From a bacterium (GTDB lineage Bacteria; Cyanobacteriota; Vampirovibrionia; Obscuribacterales; JAKAZS01): a stretch of DNA of 64,000 bases. Positions 61,177-64,000 of this stretch are shown here, piece by piece; position 1 is the first letter of the stretch, and the number at the start of each line of letters is the position of its first letter. The stretch lies in contig JAKAZS010000003.1 of the NCBI GenBank assembly GCA_021815785.1, positions 1,111 through 65,110 of the forward strand. The letters are read 5' to 3'. The notes below the pieces were generated by a model. It was not told the origin of the DNA and searched no databases. It saw nothing but the letters and a program-made list of their open reading frames with translations. Both the position numbers and the translations under genes were made by a program.

Positions 61177-64000
61177 ATGTTAGTTTTTAATATTTGTCAT
61201 AATTGTGGAAATTCTAAAGTTGTTAGCGGTCAACCATGTTTAAACTGTGGTGAAATAATTTCAAAATTTTCAGCCACTGAATTACCTAGTCCACTAATTA
61301 TTTTTCAGCCTCTAAATATCAATTTAACCTTAGACTTATCCTTAAGCGAAAAAGTGTTAACTAATATCCGTTTTAAAAAACTAATAGCTGATAATAACAA
61401 ACCTAATCCAAACGTTACCCAAGAAACAAATAACAGTATTAGCCAAATTGCGGATACGGATCCAACCCGTAATCAACCAAAACCAGAAGCTCTAACTTTA
61501 TTTAATGAAGAAAATATTTTAGATAATGACTTAAACTATCGCAACAAAGACCAAATAGCTCCACTAAATGGTCCTAGTTTGTTTGAAGATGATAATGACC
61601 TGAGTTACCCAAACAATGTAACAGTAGATATTAATAAATCAATTCAGCCGAGCAATTCGCCTAGTATTCATAATTTTCAACCCAGTCAATTGCCAATACC
61701 TAATAATGTAGCGTCAACCAGTGTAAAGAATGATAAATCTGAACCATCTCTGGAAAAACTAGTTGAGGACTTAACGCTTAGTTTAAATAACATGTTGACG
61801 GCCAATGAAGCAAAATCTGATTTACCACAAAATAATCTTAATGAATCAACACAGCAACGTGAATTTGGCCAGTTAAATAATCCGTCAGTTAACGAGTCAA
61901 CACAGCAACGTGAATTTGGTCAGTTAAATAATCCGTCAGTTAACGAGTCAACACAGCAACATGAATTTGGCCAGTTAAATAATCCGTCAGTTAACGAGTC
62001 AACACAGCAACGTGAATTTGGCCAGTTAAATAATCCGTCAGTTAACGAGTCAACACAGCAACATGAATTTGGTCAGTTAAATAATCCGTCAGTTAACGAG
62101 TCAACACAGCAACATGAATTTGGTCAGTTAAATAACAATTCAAGTTCAGACCCAAAACAAAATATCGACAATACCAACCAATCAAAGTTAAACAATGACG
62201 CTCAAGATCAACAAAAAGAATCTCCCATAGATACCCCTACAAAACCTAACAATAATACCAGTCAAACCAAGGATACCGTTTCAAGTAACACTTTAAATTT
62301 ACTAAATTTTGATTTTAATCCTATTCCCCAAGAATCACCAACTAAAGCCCAAACACCAAATACCAATAAAACAAATACCCAGACTGATTATAAGCCCGAA
62401 ACATCTAAAGGCTTTGATGATTTTCCCAGCTTGGCTGAATTAAATACAACTTCAACTTCTATTCGATCCGATAATTTAAAACCTAAGAATTTTGTAAAAC
62501 AAGCCCAAAACAATCTTAAACATGCTCAAACTAATGACGAAGAAGACGATGATGATGAAAATTTTGATTACAATCACCCTGTAAAAGCCAAATCCGGTAA
62601 ACCTTCTGCCAAGAAAAAAAGTACTTATAATGACACCGAAAATGATCCTGATGATGATCCCCCGAAATTTAAATTACGTAAATTCTCCACTAAAAATATC
62701 CCTGATGACGGTGAAGAAGAAGGAGAAGAAGAAAACATTTCCCCGAAACACAAATTACGTAAATTCTCGACCAAAAACAAAATAAGCAATAATGGTTCTG
62801 ATGATGATGATGATGAAAGCGAAGATAATGAAAAGACTATTATTAAAGGCAATGCAAAATCTCCAAAATCAAAAAGTAAAAAAGCTAAAGATAGCTTAGA
62901 TACAGATGAAGACAATGACAATGTTAATTTATTCAATCGCCAAATTAACATTTTAGGAATATCGCTACCACTAACAACGATATTAATTATCGGCTTTTTT
63001 GGCCTGTTTATTTTCTGGCAACTAGTAAGTGGTATTGGTTCAATTGTTGGCGGATTAGGTTCAGTTGGCAGCAACCTTAATATTATGAGTAATAATAATA
63101 CACCTTCATTAAGTGGAGCCTGGAAATTTGTAGCTGTAGCTCAAGGTCAAAAATGTGAAGGTTATTTTAATCTAGAACAAAGTAATAATCAAATAGCTGG
63201 TGACGGTCGCGATAATAATGGCAATTTTGAAATTATTGGAACTTTTACGCCTCCTAATAAAATTAATTTCGTAAAAAAATATTATGTAAACGGTCAAGAA
63301 GTATTTAAACCAGTAAATTTTGATGGCTTAATCAATTTCGAACAGAATCCGCTTTACGTTCAAGGTTCGTTTAATGTGACTTTCCGCCAAAATTATGGCT
63401 GGCGTGGTCATCCGGTTACTGTTGTTGGACAGTGGGAAGGTATTTTAGCTAAGCCAATGAATAATCAGGTAACCGATAATGCCCGTTTTAATAAAGTCCA
63501 TCATATTCAGTCAACCGGCTTTAATCCCCTTAACAATTTAACTAATTCTTTTACCTATGCAGCAGTTGGTGGTATAGGATTAGCCGTATTTTTAATATTT
63601 TATTCGATACATTTATTTGGGCCAAATGGAAAAATTCAAATTTCTGAAAAACAACGTTATGTTACTTCCCAGTTTAAATCACAACATATAAAAATGTTAA
63701 AAGAAATGAGTGCCCCTTATAAAATTGGTGGCTTATCTTTAGGAACACGTTGTGAGTGGAAATTCTTTAAATTCTGGGAAATTAAAGAATTGGCTTTTAC
63801 TCCAAAAATCCGTGACAAAAACCCTCACTCACTAATTCTGGGCACAGCCAATAAAGGTAAAACCAGGTTGGTTGCCAATTTCATAACGCAGGATATTCTA
63901 GCCAAAGATCGCGCAGTTGTCGTCATCGATTCAGACGGTGGTTTAGTTGATTTAATTTCACAATGGATTGCTTCTCATGAAAAAGGAAAAACTATTGCCA
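61177..64000 (+). CDS. large membrane-anchored P-loop NTPase (type IV coupling protein / HerA-FtsK-like) with an N-terminal zinc ribbon and repeat-rich arm; 3' end beyond the window
   Basis: Not in the ORF track. I read every codon from ATG 61177 to nt 64000 and found no stop. CHNCGNSKVVSGQPCLNCG; 6 x 17-aa repeats; two TM helices (about 62950-63020 and 63555-63620); Walker A LILGTANKGKTRLV followed by AVVVIDSDGGLVDL. Confidence 0.85.
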   Translation, partial: MLVFNICHNCGNSKVVSGQPCLNCGEIISKFSATELPSPLIIFQPLNINLTLDLSLSEKVLTNIRFKKLIADNNKPNPNVTQETNNSISQIADTDPTRNQPKPEALTLFNEENILDNDLNYRNKDQIAPLNGPSLFEDDNDLSYPNNVTVDINKSIQPSNSPSIHNFQPSQLPIPNNVASTSVKNDKSEPSLEKLVEDLTLSLNNMLTANEAKSDLPQNNLNESTQQREFGQLNNPSVNESTQQREFGQLNNPSVNESTQQHEFGQLNNPSVNESTQQREFGQLNNPSVNESTQQHEFGQLNNPSVNESTQQHEFGQLNNNSSSDPKQNIDNTNQSKLNNDAQDQQKESPIDTPTKPNNNTSQTKDTVSSNTLNLLNFDFNPIPQESPTKAQTPNTNKTNTQTDYKPETSKGFDDFPSLAELNTTSTSIRSDNLKPKNFVKQAQNNLKHAQTNDEEDDDDENFDYNHPVKAKSGKPSAKKKSTYNDTENDPDDDPPKFKLRKFSTKNIPDDGEEEGEEENISPKHKLRKFSTKNKISNNGSDDDDDESEDNEKTIIKGNAKSPKSKSKKAKDSLDTDEDNDNVNLFNRQINILGISLPLTTILIIGFFGLFIFWQLVSGIGSIVGGLGSVGSNLNIMSNNNTPSLSGAWKFVAVAQGQKCEGYFNLEQSNNQIAGDGRDNNGNFEIIGTFTPPNKINFVKKYYVNGQEVFKPVNFDGLINFEQNPLYVQGSFNVTFRQNYGWRGHPVTVVGQWEGILAKPMNNQVTDNARFNKVHHIQSTGFNPLNNLTNSFTYAAVGGIGLAVFLIFYSIHLFGPNGKIQISEKQRYVTSQFKSQHIKMLKEMSAPYKIGGLSLGTRCEWKFFKFWEIKELAFTPKIRDKNPHSLILGTANKGKTRLVANFITQDILAKDRAVVVIDSDGGLVDLISQWIASHEKGKTIA
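61843..62148 (+). repeat. six tandem 51-bp units inside the giant ORF
   Basis: Unit GAGTCAACACAGCAACGTGAATTTGGCCAGTTAAATAATCCGTCAGTTAAC encodes ESTQQ(R/H)EFGQLNNPSVN. Units start at 61843, 61894, 61945, 61996, 62047 and 62098. As read, differences are essentially CGT/CAT and GGC/GGT, plus the edges of the first and last units. Confidence 0.95.

Noticed and set aside
60995-61183. 62-aa ORF upstream of the giant gene
   Set aside because: Its translation is AT-driven and I/L/N/Y-rich. It overlaps the predicted promoter and 5' leader of the giant ORF and has no ribosome-binding signal.
62625-63074. 149-aa minus-strand ORF rich in S/L
   Set aside because: It is antisense to the uninterrupted plus-strand giant ORF, in that ORF's acidic and lysine-rich low-complexity region. 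It is a shadow ORF.

Overview
This is a visibly AT-rich bacterial chromosomal segment, dominated by housekeeping genes on both strands. The lineage marker is rpoB-rpoC1-rpoC2 (44122-53332, minus strand). Beta-prime is split into two genes, as in Cyanobacteria and plastids. fabZ-lpxA indicates a diderm envelope, and no photosynthesis genes occur in the window. This is consistent with a non-photosynthetic cyanobacterial relative (Vampirovibrionia/Melainabacteria-like) but does not prove it.

Recognisable genes:
- **Protein turnover and folate:** a 5'-truncated HtrA protease and folC.
- **Signalling:** a three-gene two-component cluster.
- **Metabolism:** gdh, glutamate formimidoyltransferase, methylmalonyl-CoA epimerase, fbaB, deoC, hmgA.
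- **Envelope and lipid:** cdsA, a GT2 glycosyltransferase, and an overlapping ugd-uxs-MATE operon.
- **Other:** ruvB, a PgpH-like 7TM-HD protein, mazG, an rlmB-like methyltransferase and selA.

Four features are absent from or misrepresented in the supplied ORF track:
1. A canonical tRNA-Sec (selC, 53645-53738) is hidden under a bogus 98-aa ORF. It is followed by a partial duplicate of its own 3' end, split by an 11-unit TACCTGC heptamer array, just upstream of a Xer-like tyrosine recombinase that has no canonical start codon.
2. tRNA-Ser(GCU) lies at 13206-13298 (minus strand).
3. An ORF of more than 940 codons runs from 61177 off the right edge. It combines a zinc ribbon, a repeat-rich arm, two TM helices and a P-loop ATPase resembling a type IV coupling protein.
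4. A decayed IS4/IS701-like transposase remnant lies at about 28485-29626.

Other accessory-looking items:
- a 19 x 15-bp in-frame PQANM repeat
- a pseudo-histidine-kinase multi-receiver protein
- a solitary Eco57I-family N6-adenine methyltransferase
- an ATP-grasp gene translationally coupled to an orphan OmpR-type regulator
- a long acidic tail on RpoB

All calls rest on reading translations and motifs by eye. No searches, folding or statistics were run. Hairpin, repeat and promoter coordinates are approximate to a few nt.
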